A DNA stretch of 64,000 nt from Cyanidioschyzon merolae (lineage: Eukaryota): the NCBI GenBank assembly GCA_000091205.1, contig AP006494.2. One strand, written 5' to 3'. The notes beneath the pieces were generated by a model that made no database searches, was not told the DNA's origin, and was given only the letters and a program-made list of their open reading frames with translations. The position numbers were made by a program, and so were the translations under genes. Below, in pieces: positions 43,549 to 57,300 of this stretch. Positions within the stretch are counted from its first letter, which is position 1. Every line of letters begins with the position of its first letter.

Positions 43549-44778
43549 AGAGTCGGAAACCGCCAGGAGCATATCCCGTCAGATATTTATCATACTGCTG
43601 TCGAATCCCGCTTGATCGATGACCACAAAGAGATGAGAATTCATATTTCGAACAGAATCTGCAATTTGAAGCAGCAAGTTCAGTGAACCTTCGGCATAAA
43701 CAAGTGAAGATACTGTCAAGCGGCGACGGCCAGTTTCTTCCTCGTCAATCGAGCCGCGTGAATTACTGTGGCAACGAGTTGCCTCGAAACCGGCGGATCG
43801 AAAAGATATACAATACGGCATTTCAGCATGCGACATGTAAGGAAAGCAAGCGACTGGAAGCTCATTGGTAAGCATTGGCTGGCGATCTCTGGAACAATAC
43901 GAACTATGTTTCGAGTGCATCGGGAATCACGTTGATTCCGATGAAGTCATGAATTCCATCGGGAAAGCGTCCTCGGATCCACCCAGAATACTCAGCAGAA
44001 CATCCTAAAACTACCAGTGAATACGTAAGCCCATACTGCTGGACTTGGAAAGCAGAGTCTGTGCAATGAAACCTACTTCCGAATAAAATCCATGAACCGA
44101 GCGAGCAGTTCAGAATTGGATCTGACTCTGGCACGGATGTAGCACGTCAGACGTATCGAAGTAGTCTTTGCCCCCGTAACCCTTTTTTGCGGCTTTTTTC
44201 CGAGTATCCGCATAAAACCTGAGGGCGTGCTGCCGGTGCTGTAGTGCGCAAGCTGTTCCAACGATAAAAGGTTTTCGGCTACGGCAACGCCGTCTACTTT
44301 CCGTGGCACCAAGCGCTCGGCACTGTCACCCAATAGGCTCCGGGTCTTCGAACGCGCACTCGCAGCGAGACGAGCGGCTTTTCCCGCCAGGTGCTTCACT
44401 ATTCTCGGTGTTATGCGGGTAATGCACTCGACGGGCCTGGTCGAAACACATCTGGGACTCTATTGATGAGGACGGTCTTGTTTCTTAGAGGCCAGGCTGT
44501 GCGAACTTGGAGTCACGCATCTCAAAGCAGGGTCCTGAACTGGTGGAATCTCCGCATGCCAACCGACGGAAATCCAACCCTAACCACGGACGCCTGTGTG
44601 CCTGAACGCACGTCCCCCGACCATACCCGCAGTTGTGCACGTCGCTTCCCGTGCTTCATCTACGCTTGACAGGGACTTGAAGGTGCGATCGTCCGGTCTG
44701 TTTTTGCAGAGCACAGTGGCTCAAATTTTTACATTTTTTGGTTTGGTTTTGGTTTTTGGTTTGTCGCTCAGCCTAGGC

Positions 44779-46194
44779 TCACGCACAGTACAAAGACTCA
44801 TCAACTGCAGGTGGGATCGGAGCGATCTTGGTCCCCAGCTCGTGTTCGATTCGGTACAGGTTCAAGCGATCGTCTTGCGTTACGAGACTGATCGCCAGAC
44901 CGCGGTGTCCGTACCGTCCAGAGCGCCCGACTCGGTGCAGGTATGTTTCTGCGTTCTTCGGGAAGTCGAAGTTCACGACCACGTTCACCGCTTGTACGTC
45001 GATGCCGCGTGTGAAGAGGTCACTCGAAACGAGGTTTCGGCAGGCGCCGTTGCGAAAGTCATGAAAAACACGAGCTCGTTGATACTGCGGCATCTTGGCG
45101 TGGATATAATAACAGGAATAGCCCAGTTCGGTTATTTTCTTGGCGAGAAGTTCCACCCGCGAAACCGAGTTGCAGAATATGATGCTTTGGTTGATTCGCA
45201 GTTTGCTGAAAAGCGTGTTCAAACAGTGAATTTTGCGACCCTCATCCACGAATGCGTAATATTGCGTGATTCCCCGCAACGTCAATTCTTCCATGAGATT
45301 CAGTTCGTAGGGTTTCCGAAGGTGTCTGTCTCGGAAGCCCTTCACGGAAATCGGAAACGTTGCTGAAAACAGCATTAACTGCCGATCGGGAGGCAGTTGC
45401 TTGGTCACGATCTGTTCGATGACGGGCGTGAACTCCGGCGAGAGCAGCTTGTCGCCCTCGTCCAAAGCACACATCTTGCACTCATTTAATTTGGCTATGC
45501 CTTTCTCGGCTAGATCCAGGACTCTACCAGGCGTGCCGATCAGAATATGTACGATTTGCTCTAGCCGCAGGATGTCATCCCGCAGGGAGGTGCCCCCGGT
45601 TGTCGTCATGACCTGCAGGCCATCGAGACGTTTGCCGAGCGCTTTCGCAACTGCAGCCGTCTGAAGGGCGAGCTCACGCGTCGGCACCAAAACAAGTGCT
45701 TGTATCGCGTTCTTTTTCGTGTCCAGTCGCTCTAGGATCGGGATAAGAAAAGCTCCTGTTTTACCAGTGCCGTTTTTGGCGCGGGCGAGTACATCGCGCC
45801 CGGCCAACGCTACCGGCACCGCCGCTTCTTGGACCGGAGAAGGCCGCTCCCAGCCCATTTCAAAAAGCCCCATCAGCAACTCTCGACGTAAATAATAGTC
45901 CTCGAAACTGTTTCCTCTCGTAGCCGTCACATCCTCCGTGCGATAACGCGTGTCCTTGGGCGGAGCCTGGAGGTTACGGCGCCAGTCCTCGACCTGCGAA
46001 GGCGCCGCTGCGGGGCCAACACCACCACCAAGTCCCACAAACTGCCGAGTTTGGGGATGCATAATGCGTTGTTCACCGGGCGGGACGACCCCAACGGGAG
46101 CAGCCGCCCCGCTCGGTAGTTGCTGGGACCCCGCGCGCGTCTCAGGTCCTCTGAGTTGCTCAACTACCCAGCCTGGTGCTGCCGTACGCTGCAT
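44779..46194 (-). CDS. DHH1: DEAD-box RNA helicase DDX6/Dhh1/Me31B family (mRNA decapping and translational repression)
   Basis: '[64 protein letters not shown]...VPTRELALQ...[17 protein letters not shown]...[13 protein letters not shown]...LFSATFP...[99 protein letters not shown]' is colinear with DDX6. The track start at 46245 is TTG; the ATG is at 46194-46192 (verified), with an in-frame stop upstream at 46287-46285. Confidence 0.9.
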   Translation of the reverse strand: MQRTAAPGWVVEQLRGPETRAGSQQLPSGAAAPVGVVPPGEQRIMHPQTRQFVGLGGGVGPAAAPSQVEDWRRNLQAPPKDTRYRTEDVTATRGNSFEDYYLRRELLMGLFEMGWERPSPVQEAAVPVALAGRDVLARAKNGTGKTGAFLIPILERLDTKKNAIQALVLVPTRELALQTAAVAKALGKRLDGLQVMTTTGGTSLRDDILRLEQIVHILIGTPGRVLDLAEKGIAKLNECKMCALDEGDKLLSPEFTPVIEQIVTKQLPPDRQLMLFSATFPISVKGFRDRHLRKPYELNLMEELTLRGITQYYAFVDEGRKIHCLNTLFSKLRINQSIIFCNSVSRVELLAKKITELGYSCYYIHAKMPQYQRARVFHDFRNGACRNLVSSDLFTRGIDVQAVNVVVNFDFPKNAETYLHRVGRSGRYGHRGLAISLVTQDDRLNLYRIEHELGTKIAPIPPAVDESLYCA

Positions 46195-48530
46195 GAATCG
46201 TGACTGTAAATAGTTTGTGAAACGTGCTGGCGTATCTTTTCCCAAAACTAAGACAAAAGAACGAGGCAGTAGTCCTCTATGAAGCTAGCTTTCTCAGAGG
46301 CAACTGTCCGTAAAAATGCCAAAGCGTTTCACAGAATAGCTGGACTTTGGCGAAGGCTGCGACGCGAGTGCCGGCCATTCGCCTGGTACTGCCCTGGTGC
46401 GTATGCCGGAGGAACCGGTCTCCTTGACCGCAACTTTGAAACTGGGGTACGTGTGACCAAGACAGAGTGTTTCCGGCTAGAGTCGCGTTTATAAACGAAT
46501 GATTGCGTCCGTTGGAGCGTTTTAGTGCGTGTAGCTTCCCAAATCTGCTTGAAAGTACTAGGGCTCGGTTGCAGGTCACGTGGCGCAGAGCACCGGAAAC
46601 TTCAAATGTTCACGTCCAGCACACAGAGATCATTGATTTTGCAAGGCGTGACGCAAGATACGCAGCGTTCAGGGTTTGGAATGAAAACTGACGAAGTTTT
46701 ATACGGGTGTTTAAGAACGGTGAAAGCGTCGAAACAGGCGCGAGTTCGGAGCACGAGACTGCCTGGAACTTGAAGCGCTTCCTTCACTCGACGTGGGAGG
46801 AGGACTGCGGGGTCTCTGTGCAGAGACCTTTTCTCGTTTTACCTGTATTGGTAGTCTTTGAGCTACTGCGCTTTTAATGCGAGCGCGTTTTTGCCTTGAT
46901 GCAATGGGAGCAACGTAGTGCGGCTCTGGAGGAGCCTTCTGTTATCGTGTCCGAAACGATCGTTTTTTAACACACACATATCTACATGGAACGTGTTTCC
47001 GGATTGTTGCATTTCCTACCCTAGTAACAGAAATCATCGGACCTTTCTGCAGAGGCCTTTTCTCATCTTCTTTGTACGAGTGCTTGATCACTGAACACCT
47101 ATCCAGTTTGAGCGCGATACCCGATTGGCGTAAAGTTCCGGAACCTGTTACCACTTCCGAGCAAAAATAAATGCAGGGGTTCGCGGCTCACGCGCTCTCT
47201 TTAGGGTTCCGCTACGCAACTGCCATGCTTGCGACTAGACTTTATTGGACGGTACTTCGGCTTCAAGTACCGGGGCAACGCTTGCAAATTCGAGCTGCAC
47301 GGAGGCAAAACTCCTATGGTTGCGATGAAACTTTATTCGATGAAACGTCGGCATCGAGTGCCAGGATGCTGTCTGCATCCTCAAGTTGCTGGCACACATT
47401 TTGCACGTTCGAATATGAAACCCCGAGGTACGAACCAAACTAGGCGCCGACGCGAGGAGTTCTCAACGGAAAGAGCGGGCTGGGGTACTGCTCAAGTCTA
47501 TATTGTGCAGTAGCTGCTGTGCCACGATTACCATGAGCAATACCACAACCGTGGCTGGCACTGGGAAGGATGCAAACTCGGAACGCCTGCCCGGCACTCG
47601 GTGGGCGCCTATCGCGGCCTCGCACTCTAGCCGATGTAGGAACAATAGAGTCACCAGTTCGTTCCGGGCGTCCTCGAGAGCGCATCGCAACATGCTAGCC
47701 ACATGAGATTTGTGGGGAAGATGCGACATTCCGGGTGAGCCTGGCTGTGCAAGCGCGCTTTTACTCGCCTGGAACGAAGCGCGATGCTTGCCCTGCCAAG
47801 TAAACCCTTGGTGTATTTCCGGACCACCTTAGCCACGAATACTACGTCATGTGGATTTTGCGTTTCAGGCTGGGTATCTCTCGGGCTCGCAACAAGCGAC
47901 CCAAACGCAGTCAGTCTGCCGAATTCTCTGCTCACCGGCTCATGAGCGGAAACCGCACGTCCTTTTGGATTATGAGGAATCGACGCTCGCTGCTGCAGCG
48001 AGCCTGAAGCATCCATATTTCCGTATCTTCAAAATAAAGTTCGCCGCTTGTTTTTTTCTACGACAAGCGGAACCGGAATCGATGGGTGCTTAGGTCCCAG
48101 CGTCGCAGCACATCAGCAGCAGCACCGAACGCTCTGTGATCGTCCACGTCCATAATATGTTCCCAAGTTGGATGCTATTCGGCCCGTACATTGTGCCGGA
48201 TTCCATCATGATCCATCAACGCTGTATGTAACCAAAGCGTGCACCACAATTCCTGTTCGAGCGCTAGTTCGTACCAGATAGTCTAGACTGGTCGACCTGC
48301 TCCGAGCTCGATCCACAAACACGCCGTCTGCGACACCCCTTGCAAATAGCGCACCCAGATGGAGCAGCTTCGCGATACCCCGTCAAAGCGCCAACTCCAC
48401 CGCCATCACGAATGAAAACGCATCCACGCCCGCCTGCAAGTTCTAATCTTCGAAACTGTTGAACATTAATGCATGTTCTGAAAGACGCTGTGTGAGTTCG
48501 CTGTAGCAGTGAGATGTTTATATCGCTCAC

Positions 48531-48730
48531 CAGAACGTTTCCTGTGATCATGCATCCCAGAATGTACCATGAAGACTGGCATTCGGCAGAGCGTCCATCA
48601 TGTTGTACCCTACCTACAAGGTTCCATGACTCCGACATGCTCCCCGAAATACCAAGAGACTGCCGCTTGCGCTCAGCAGAACGTTTCCTGTGATCATGCA
48701 CCCCAGAATGTACCACGAATACTGGCATTC
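48531..48730. repeat. Two copies of a ~64-bp direct repeat (48531-48594 and 48667-48730), 220-420 bp upstream of the VPS13 start
   Basis: 'cagaacgtttcctgtgatcatgcaTcccagaatgtaccaTgaaGactggcattc' against 'cagaacgtttcctgtgatcatgcaCcccagaatgtaccaCgaaTactggcattc'. Confidence 0.85.
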
Positions 48731-48950
48731 GTGAACACTGAGCTGCATTGTCGCGCTTCCGCCAACGGTCGATGCGTACGAACGATACTGACGCGCGCAG
48801 CGCCGCCTCGGCGATGCCAACGATGCGCGCTGTTCTGGGCGGCGCGCGCCACCGGCGATCGCCACTCGTAACCAGATACGGCATACACGAACGCGACGAT
48901 TGAGGTGTGTTGGCTCAGAGGTGAGGCATACCACCGGGTTATAACGTTTG

Positions 48951-51280
48951 ATGCTGGCTCACTTTGTAGCCGAGCTTCTATCTGGAACGCTGGGTCAGTA
49001 TGTAAAGATCGATGAACGCCAAATCTCTGTGGGTATATGGTCCGGTCAGCTGGAGCTTCACGAGCTCCAGCTGGTACCTGAAGCTGTACAGGTGCTCTTC
49101 GAACGGGCTTGTGGGAGCGCTCCCTTCCATGTCCGTTCTGGTTATATTGGTCGAGTATGCGTTGAAGTGCCTTGGAAAACCCTGAGTTGGTCGCAACCCC
49201 TGCGCATTCAAATTGAAGACGTGTGCGTTCAGCTTGCGGCGCTACCGCCGGATTCCTGCTCGACCGAAGCAGCTACTCGGAGCCAACGGATGCAGTTGGC
49301 AGAGCTAGCAACAGACGCATCCTTGCGGGAAGCGCAGCTCCGAGCTTGGCTCATGGTATTGCGCGAGGCAGCTTCAGAGGCTGAGAACGAAATAGCCGCT
49401 AGGTTAGCCTCGGCTGCGCGAGCGCTCGCGGTTGATCCGAAATCGAATAACACCAACATCTCCGGTTGGCGGAAAAGACTCCTTCGTCAAGTCGTTGCAA
49501 ACATGCAGGTGCAAGTTGGGAATATATGGGTTATTTTCGGTATGGACGCGTCTGAGAGCGGCTCGTGCACCTCGCGAGGCGTGCAGCGTTCTGCAACCGG
49601 TGACGCCGACAACCGCTGCACGAACGGCAGCGGTGCCTCTGCGGCAGCGGCCAGCGAGGACCCAGCGCGTTCACGATTGGGAACGGTGCTGGAACCCAGA
49701 GAGGTGGATGCAGGGACTCGGGGGGTGAACGCACCAGCACCAGAGTCGAAACAATCGAACGCTGCCGCAGAGACGGACGCACCATTTTCCGTACAGTGTA
49801 ACGAATGTGCACCAGAAATTACCCATGAGGCATCGGAAGACTCGTTCACGAACGTCCTGGATATCGAAGCCAAGGCGGGAAGCACGCCAATAGGCGGACA
49901 ACGCTCTGAAAACATCCATGTTGACAGAACAGACGGCAAGAGCGTCCGTGGTGCCGCGCGAAGACCAGACCAGCGTAGCGACGAGCTGCTGGAGCTTGCC
50001 AGCGCGCTTCTCGATGTAGAATACTCGCCAGACGCTACGACGAGAGCGGTGACTCCCGAAGCGCACAGTTCTAGCACTGAACAGGGACGGTGCGATGCCT
50101 TGCATCCTGTAGCGCGGAACCTGTCTTACGCGGTACCTCCGGAGCCGGACGCTCGTCCAGACGACTTCTTGGACGCGTTCTCAGCTGTCGCTCAGGATGC
50201 GCGAACAACACCGGCAAGTTGCCGAGCAGCTGCCGGCGCCCAGGCGGTGCACCCGCACCAGTCCCAAGAACATATCATCGCACTGCACCTGTACCTCAAA
50301 GCATTCGAAATAGCTCCGATCGTAGATGCGTCGGGAGCCCCAGACACGTCGACCGTAGACTCGGACGTTCTCGCGAAACGCGTTGCATTTTCTGGTCTTA
50401 TGCTGTTGGCTGCGTGTGGTCTGAACGAGCTGAATCGGCCGCTCTTGAGTCACGAACCGCCGACGTCATCGCAACTCTCTGACGTCTGGGGCCTCTTCGA
50501 ACAGGTTCGGACGCAGTCGCAATCGGCGGAAGCGTCTGCAATGCTGTCGCTGGTTCTGGCGCCCCTGGAGATAACCATGCACTTGCGTCTCACTGGCGGG
50601 TTGCTCTCGCTCACCAATAGCGATCCCAGATCGGTATCGCAGCTGAACATCCACATTTCCGCCGTCAAGTGGCATCTGGAGCGCGAGCTCCTTGAGCAGC
50701 TTAGCCAAGTGATCCACCGGTGGACTCGCTGCGCCCCCCTGAACAGATCCCGAGGAGCATCGAGCCCTCGTACTCGCTGGTACGATACCCTCGAAGCAAT
50801 TCGACCCGGTTTTTGGCTCCGTCAGCGATCATCTAAGATGAGAAGGCCCGAAATCGTCCGTCGACGAAGAAAAGAACGCGAACAGTACGTCACCACTCGG
50901 TATCAGTCGCTCCTGAATCGCCTTCTGAGTCCTTCAGATCCACTATGGGCACACATCGAGCGCAAAGAGACCAACCCGGAGCTGTTGACGCTCCTCGAGC
51001 ACAAACTCAATCTCGAAACGATTCTATTTTACCGCCATCTGGCTGATCTGCAGGTGCTATGGCGACTGCGCAGCGCATGGCCTGCGAGCACCGCCCCGGC
51101 GGCGGCGGCGTATCCGGGAGCGCCCCCCGATACGAGCACGCACCCGATGCGTGATCGCCGCGGAGAGGCGCTCACCCAGGTGACGTGTCCCGTTGACTCG
51201 ACACGCATGCTGGGCGACGCGCTGCATCACGTACCAGCTGCGATCGCTGCTGCGGATGCGCGCGCACAAGGCACGCGCAA

Positions 51281-51316
<36 letters not shown>

Positions 51317-54300
51317 ACCAGCAGGCCTTTCAACGGTGGCCGGCTCTGGGAGCGATGGTGCAGCTGGGGTTCATCCCAGAAGCGCGGCTAGTGATCGGCC
51401 CGATGAATCGTCTCGCTGGCCGCTTCGGCTGATGAAGCGTCTGCGCTTAGCCTGGGCTTCGACTGCACGTCCACCGGCTTCAGGGACGGTCGTCCGCGAT
51501 ACAATCCATTCGAGAATCTCCGATGTCGAGGCCAGCACTGATGCAGAGCATCGTTCGGGAGGGAATGCGGATTGCACAGCGCACTTTTCCTCGGCGACGG
51601 CAGCAAAGGCTACAGGCGCGCTGCCCAGCGATGTTGCTACGCGGGCGTGTGTCGGCATGGTGGCTGTGAATCGAAGCACCTCGACGCTCTGGATGCCGTC
51701 TGTGAGTCCGTGGCATGTTGCGCGCTGGGCGGAGCTCTGTGGATACGACTACCCGCCAGTGACGAGTGCGGACGTTTTGACGTTTGCGTGCAGCACGGCA
51801 ATGTGGCCGTTGAGCGGTTCGCATGGGATGTGCACGGACCGGAGCGACATGCCAGGGGCTTTAGCAGCAGCTCGACGCGCGTCAAACGAGTACTCGTTGC
51901 CACCGGCGACTGCAGAGGAGGGCGCCGAGCCGTCCGCAACGGAAACGGCATCGACGACTGGTCGCCTTTGGGAGCTAACCATTCGTCTAGAAATGTTTCA
52001 GGGCGAGCTCTGGGAGGCCGCTGCGAACGGAACAGGCCTCATTTTGACAGCACAGGGCCTGGAGGGCACCTTCCGGGCACCGGATACCGGCAATCTTAGA
52101 CTGCAAACCTGTCACCTGGACTTTATCCAGGGCAAGGAGCGCTGGGTGCTGCTTCAATGGCAGCAATCGACTTGCAGCACGCTGGAGAGTTTGTATTCGA
52201 ATCGATCACATGCGGCGGTAGAACCTGCTCCAAGAGGAGTCAAAGCGGCAGCGACAACAAGTGCAGCACCAGTAGGCTCACTAGGTCCAGAGCCCGAAGC
52301 TGAAACAGCATCTTCTGCAGCAGCGGAAGCGGAAGCGTTAAGCACTGCTCGCACCGACGCTGGACCGGTTCTGCAGGTGCGGATGCAACGACGCCGGTTG
52401 CCGCCTCTGGACGCATTTCGAGAGTCAGGGGTTCTTGGTGGCTCATCTGTACAGGACGGAGGTGAAAACTTCAGCTCTTCGTCGTCGTCGTCGTCTTCTG
52501 CCGAGACACCAAACGATGCAACGCCAACAACTAACGAGTCTTGGAAACGCGCTTTGCAGGTCTCACGGGGTATCTTCGCAGCGGAGCTGCTCGAGGAGCC
52601 CGACCTACGTGTCGCAGGCGGCTGGGCCGAGTCCGCGATGTTGACTCCAAAAAGTAGCTGGTTGTTCCAGGTGGTGCTCCAAGCCCCAGAACTCCGTCTC
52701 TATGGACAGGCACCGCTCGTCGAATGGATACAACGTTGGCGACTTTTGGGCAGGTCCTTGGTGTCGCTCGAGGAGACGTCCAGACGTCGTTTTAGGTGCA
52801 GGCGTGCAAGTCGAGTGCAGCCTCATGTGGAAATGAAGCCTTGGATTGACGTTACCTGCCGGATAGAGAGGCCATCGCTCTCGGTTTGGGAAGCGAAACC
52901 GCGGGCGGCGCTGCCGGAGAAACCACTGCTGCGCCTCAGCATCGAGAGCGTGACGCTTGAGAGCGGTGCATCGGCACAAGCTACATCGAAGATTGCGGCA
53001 AAGTCCATGGAAAATAGCTCTGCAGCACCACTGAATTGCCAGGAAGCAGCACTGTCCTCTGCAGCGACTGGACTGGGATCGCGGCGGCAAGAATGGCGTT
53101 GCGTTTTCGAAGCGCTTCTGTTGCAACATCGACACCAGCATCCAGACCAGTCGCTGTTGACGCTGACTCGCGTCGCAGTCAGTTGGCTTAACCGAGGTGC
53201 GCACACCGCGGCAACGCGCACGACTCACCCGTTCGGCTCGTTTTCACTGCCGATGTTTTCGTCGTCACCGTCGTCTTGGAGAGTCTCCGGTCGATCCGGT
53301 ACCGACGTCGACGGTGGCATTGTCGATACCTGCTTCCTGGTGCTGGAAACGTGGCAGATTCACTTGACACCAGCCGCTCTGGAGGCACTCGAGACCACTG
53401 CTCTGTCGCTACGTTGCGCTCAGTCAGTATCCACAAGTGGATGCGCCATGACAACGATCTCGCAAACGCCCACGAGCACTGCAGCCCGGCACGCTGCTGA
53501 GCATCCGGAGAAGCAGGCCGAGTCGCAGACGTCCCGTTCCATTCACAGCCGAGGATGGCGCGCTTCAGCACAACGGACTGGGCTCTCGTTGAACGCGCTC
53601 AGCGGCACGCAACGGAGACGTCGCCGGACGCATATAAATGCGCAGCTCGCTCGGGGCAAAGTGTACCTGCATCTTTTGGACAACCAAGCGACGACGATAT
53701 CCGCGTATGAGTGTATTCTGGAACCGGTGCGGCTTCGAGCTGACTTGGACGTTGCCATTCCCGAGTCGACCTGGCTCAGTGGCCAGCATACCGGTGCACT
53801 GAACCGGGTAGCCAGGGTCCGTGAGAGCGACCACAAGCTTCATGTGTATTGGGAACTCGACACTGCAGGATTGTGCTTCCTGGGTCCAGTTCGGAGCGGT
53901 TATTTGCGGCTCGAGGGCATGCACTGTTCAGGCGCATGGCGAGACTCGCGTGAGCATCCCGGATCGGGAGTCTTGGAGGTCGGCATCCAGCTGCGGACGC
54001 TTGCAACCAATATGAACGGCGAAGATGGGTATCGCCTCGCGGGTGCTTTCCGGCGTCGTTGCGGACTGGAGCGTTCGGATACCGTGGAAGCTTTCCCAAC
54101 GGAAGCAAACTGGAGTCAGCAGCAGCAGCAGCAGCAGCAGCAAGACCTGCAACGATCAGCGTCTGGGCAGGTGTTGGCGAACAAGCGCGCTCCGCGTCGC
54201 CAACTGGAGCGTCAGCCGATGCATGGATCCGAGGCGTCACTGACAAGTGCATCGGTTGCAGCTCTAGGTGCTACTCGTGAACTTTATTCCAGTCCACAGA

Positions 54301-57300
54301 AGGTGTCGATGGCCGCTCGTGGTGCCAGCAGCGGAGCGGCTGCCTCGATCGGTAGTTCATCGACGACACCGGGCGCGTATGCCGACACCATCCCAAGAGA
54401 AGATGAAGTAGAAGATGGAGAATATCAAGACACGGACGTTGCGGGTTCCTCTCTCTTTCGCTTTATCCAGATACGTTGTGACGTCACAGATATGGTGCGT
54501 GTTCACGGAAGCAAACAAGAGGCTCCGGTCGTGCGACTCGAGGCTCGTGGCTTCACGCGAATGCAAATGAACCTTGCGCTAGCTCCTTCAATGCCGGCAC
54601 TTGTGCGCGTAGCCGGTTGTCTACAGGGCGCAGACCTTATTTATATGGGCAAAGATGCGAACCAGACACTTGTTCTGGGGCGTTTTCAGCCCAAGGCATC
54701 ATCCGATTCATCTTGGGATGATCGCTGGCAAGCACAGGAGCTGTGGCTGGCGAACGCGCCTCTCCCGTGCGATGATGATCCCGAGGACGCAGCGGGAACG
54801 CCACCACATCCAAATGCTCCGGAAGCTGCAGCTGCTGGGGCAAGTCGCGACTTGAAAATCCCGAATTCGCCAGCTGACCGGGACTCCACCGCTCTATGGA
54901 CTAGAGCGCGCAGTATGCCGGCTCGTGACGCCGAACCCGGTTCTGCAGCTGCTTTCGCGACGGCACCTTCGCCCTGCAGCGCGACAGATGCCGAGGCCGA
55001 ATCTGTGCATCGCCTGGAGCAGACTGACCTACACCAGGGCAATGCACCTGCAACGAGCACCGGCATGCTCACAATTGCCGCTGACTTGGAGCATCAGTTC
55101 ATGGAGACGGAGCACCTGGTACCTTCCTTGTCTTGGCGCTTTGTCCAGCAGACCGGTGCTCGGACGGCATTAGTCCATTTGGGTAAGTTGGACGGTGTCT
55201 ATCTCCACGGCTATTGGAAGCGACTCATCCCCGAAGTGGATGCTTTTCTGCAATCTTTTGTACCGGACGGGCCACCGAGCATGCCCTCGATCATTGAGGT
55301 TCGCCTCCATCGACCACTGTTGCGCTTTCCTGCAGGTCTTGCGTGCAGCGCTGACGAAGCGAATGCCCTTCATCTCCGCTGCGGTGGTACGTTGACCTTC
55401 CGCCGACGCACTTGTCCGAAAGAGACGCAAGGGAACCGAGCACCAGCTGCGACCGAGGCTACTTGTTCAGCTGGCGTCGTCGAGGTTGAGCAACCGCTTG
55501 TGCACTCGTCGTCGTCGTCGTCGTCGTCTATGTTGGTCGACACTGTACAACAGCCGCTAGCGCAGCAGGAGCCGAATCAACGCGGCGCTGACGCGGGCGC
55601 TTTGGTAGCATCCGACAATATCGACAACGACGACGACAACGACGATGACAGCGTTCCGTGGCACCTGGAGTCCTTCACGGACCTGGAACTGGTCACCGTG
55701 CACCTGGGCGGAGACCTGCACCAGATCGGATCGGTGGAGCACTGCCGGCTGTGGATCACGGAAGACGAGGACACGGGCTGTTCGCGCTTCGCACTCCAGT
55801 GCACAGGCGATGTGGAAACTTGTATCTGCGAAGCAGACTATGGCCCGTTTTGGTACATCGTCTGGAATAACCTGAACAGCGACGTTCCCTGTCAGGAATG
55901 GGGCATGCGGAATCCAGCAGGAGCGGGTTTTGTTCCATCAGGCACAGCCGAACGCGGTGAGCCCTCATTATCGTCGTCGCCTGCGTCGCAGCTACCGCAT
56001 TCCACAACATCGAATGGCAACGCATTTGAGAGCACCTGGACAAACGCCGCCGAGCTTCTCGATCCGTTGCTGTATCGTTTGGAGGTTTTCCTCCCTTGTT
56101 GGCAGGGATTCTGCAGTCACGGCGATAACCCGAGTGACGAATCGACGCGTCTGGTGTGGTTCCAGCTGAATGAGGTGCACCTCAGTGCCGATCTGTGGGG
56201 CTCTGGCGCCTATGCGACGTTTTTCTCCGCAACGTCGCTACGCATCGAAGACGCGCGATCTTTGATGAAGGCTGTTTCCCCGTTGTGGCCTTTGGTACGT
56301 GATGCACCCGGTTTGATCGAAGCATCCAGAACGAGCGACAAGCACCGCCAGAGCGCCAGGCAGAGTTCGCTATCCCCGGTACCCGACATGAGCGAGGAGG
56401 CGCGTGCGCGCTGTTCGCGACTGCTCCTGCGCTATCGACGCCAGGCACCAGACCAGAGGGGTGACCAGCTCACACATATCGCCATGGATCTACGATACCT
56501 CGAGATGCTACCGGTTGCGCAGGTATTGCGATCGCTTTCGTTCCTGGCGACACCCTTCGGGAAATTCGAAGCGATGAGCAGCCCAGTGCCGACACTTGCG
56601 TCTTGTCGTCGGCGAGTCGAACGAACCCAGGCCGTCGTCACCTGTTCGGACTGTAGCGTCGTGTTTCCGGCAACACTGGCGGCACTTACCAGTCAAGAAC
56701 AGGATGTCATGGAAGCACAAGGTGATGTGATGTTGACCTGCACCTGGCAAACGAATCCCTCGCAGTTTCATTACGAAATGTTTCTGGATCACTTTCGACT
56801 CTGCATGAAGCGATACGACCCGTGTCAAAGCCGAATTCCGCCACACGACAACCGCCTCGTCTCTGGTGTCCGCACGACATCGACTCCAGGCGCTTCAGAC
56901 TCGGAGACGAACGCGGACGGTTGCGTGCTGCAGGCTGCTACACTCACCAGTACCAGTGCCAACAGCAATACAAGTGCAGTGCCGGACGCTGTCGGTGCCG
57001 AAACTGGTACTGGTGTTGGTGGCGGAACGCTTGCGCCCTCAGTGGAGCTCGTCTACCCGTGCGCCATTCGGATGATGTACATCGATACGGGTGATCCGGA
57101 AATTCCACCCCAGTTCGACCTCTCGGCGGCGATGTTGCTGATGCGCTTCAGTCAACAGGATCTCGTGCTGATTGCCCAGATTGTGGAGGCATATCGCCAG
57201 CACCCGCACGAGGTTACCGACTGGGAACGCCTTCTCTGGCACGATGAAGCGGCCGGGGCTGCAGGGGCGCGCCCTCCGAGAACAGGGAGCGCTCACGCTG

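Noticed and set aside
44073-44399. A minus-strand ORF whose product 'LAGKAARLAASARSKT-RSLLGDSAERLVPRK' loosely resembles the histone H2B C-terminal helix '[33 protein letters not shown]'.
   Set aside because: The similarity is short and weak. The ORF starts at GTG rather than ATG, has no upstream histone-fold region, and lies in an AT-rich repeat-bearing spacer. It is probably spurious.
44730-44768. A telomere-like (TTTGG/TTTTGG)n run 'tttttggtttggttttggtttttggtttg' at the 3' end of the DDX6 gene.
   Set aside because: It comprises only about 6 irregular units and is interstitial, flanked by unique sequence on both sides. It is a simple-sequence repeat in a 3' UTR, not a telomere.
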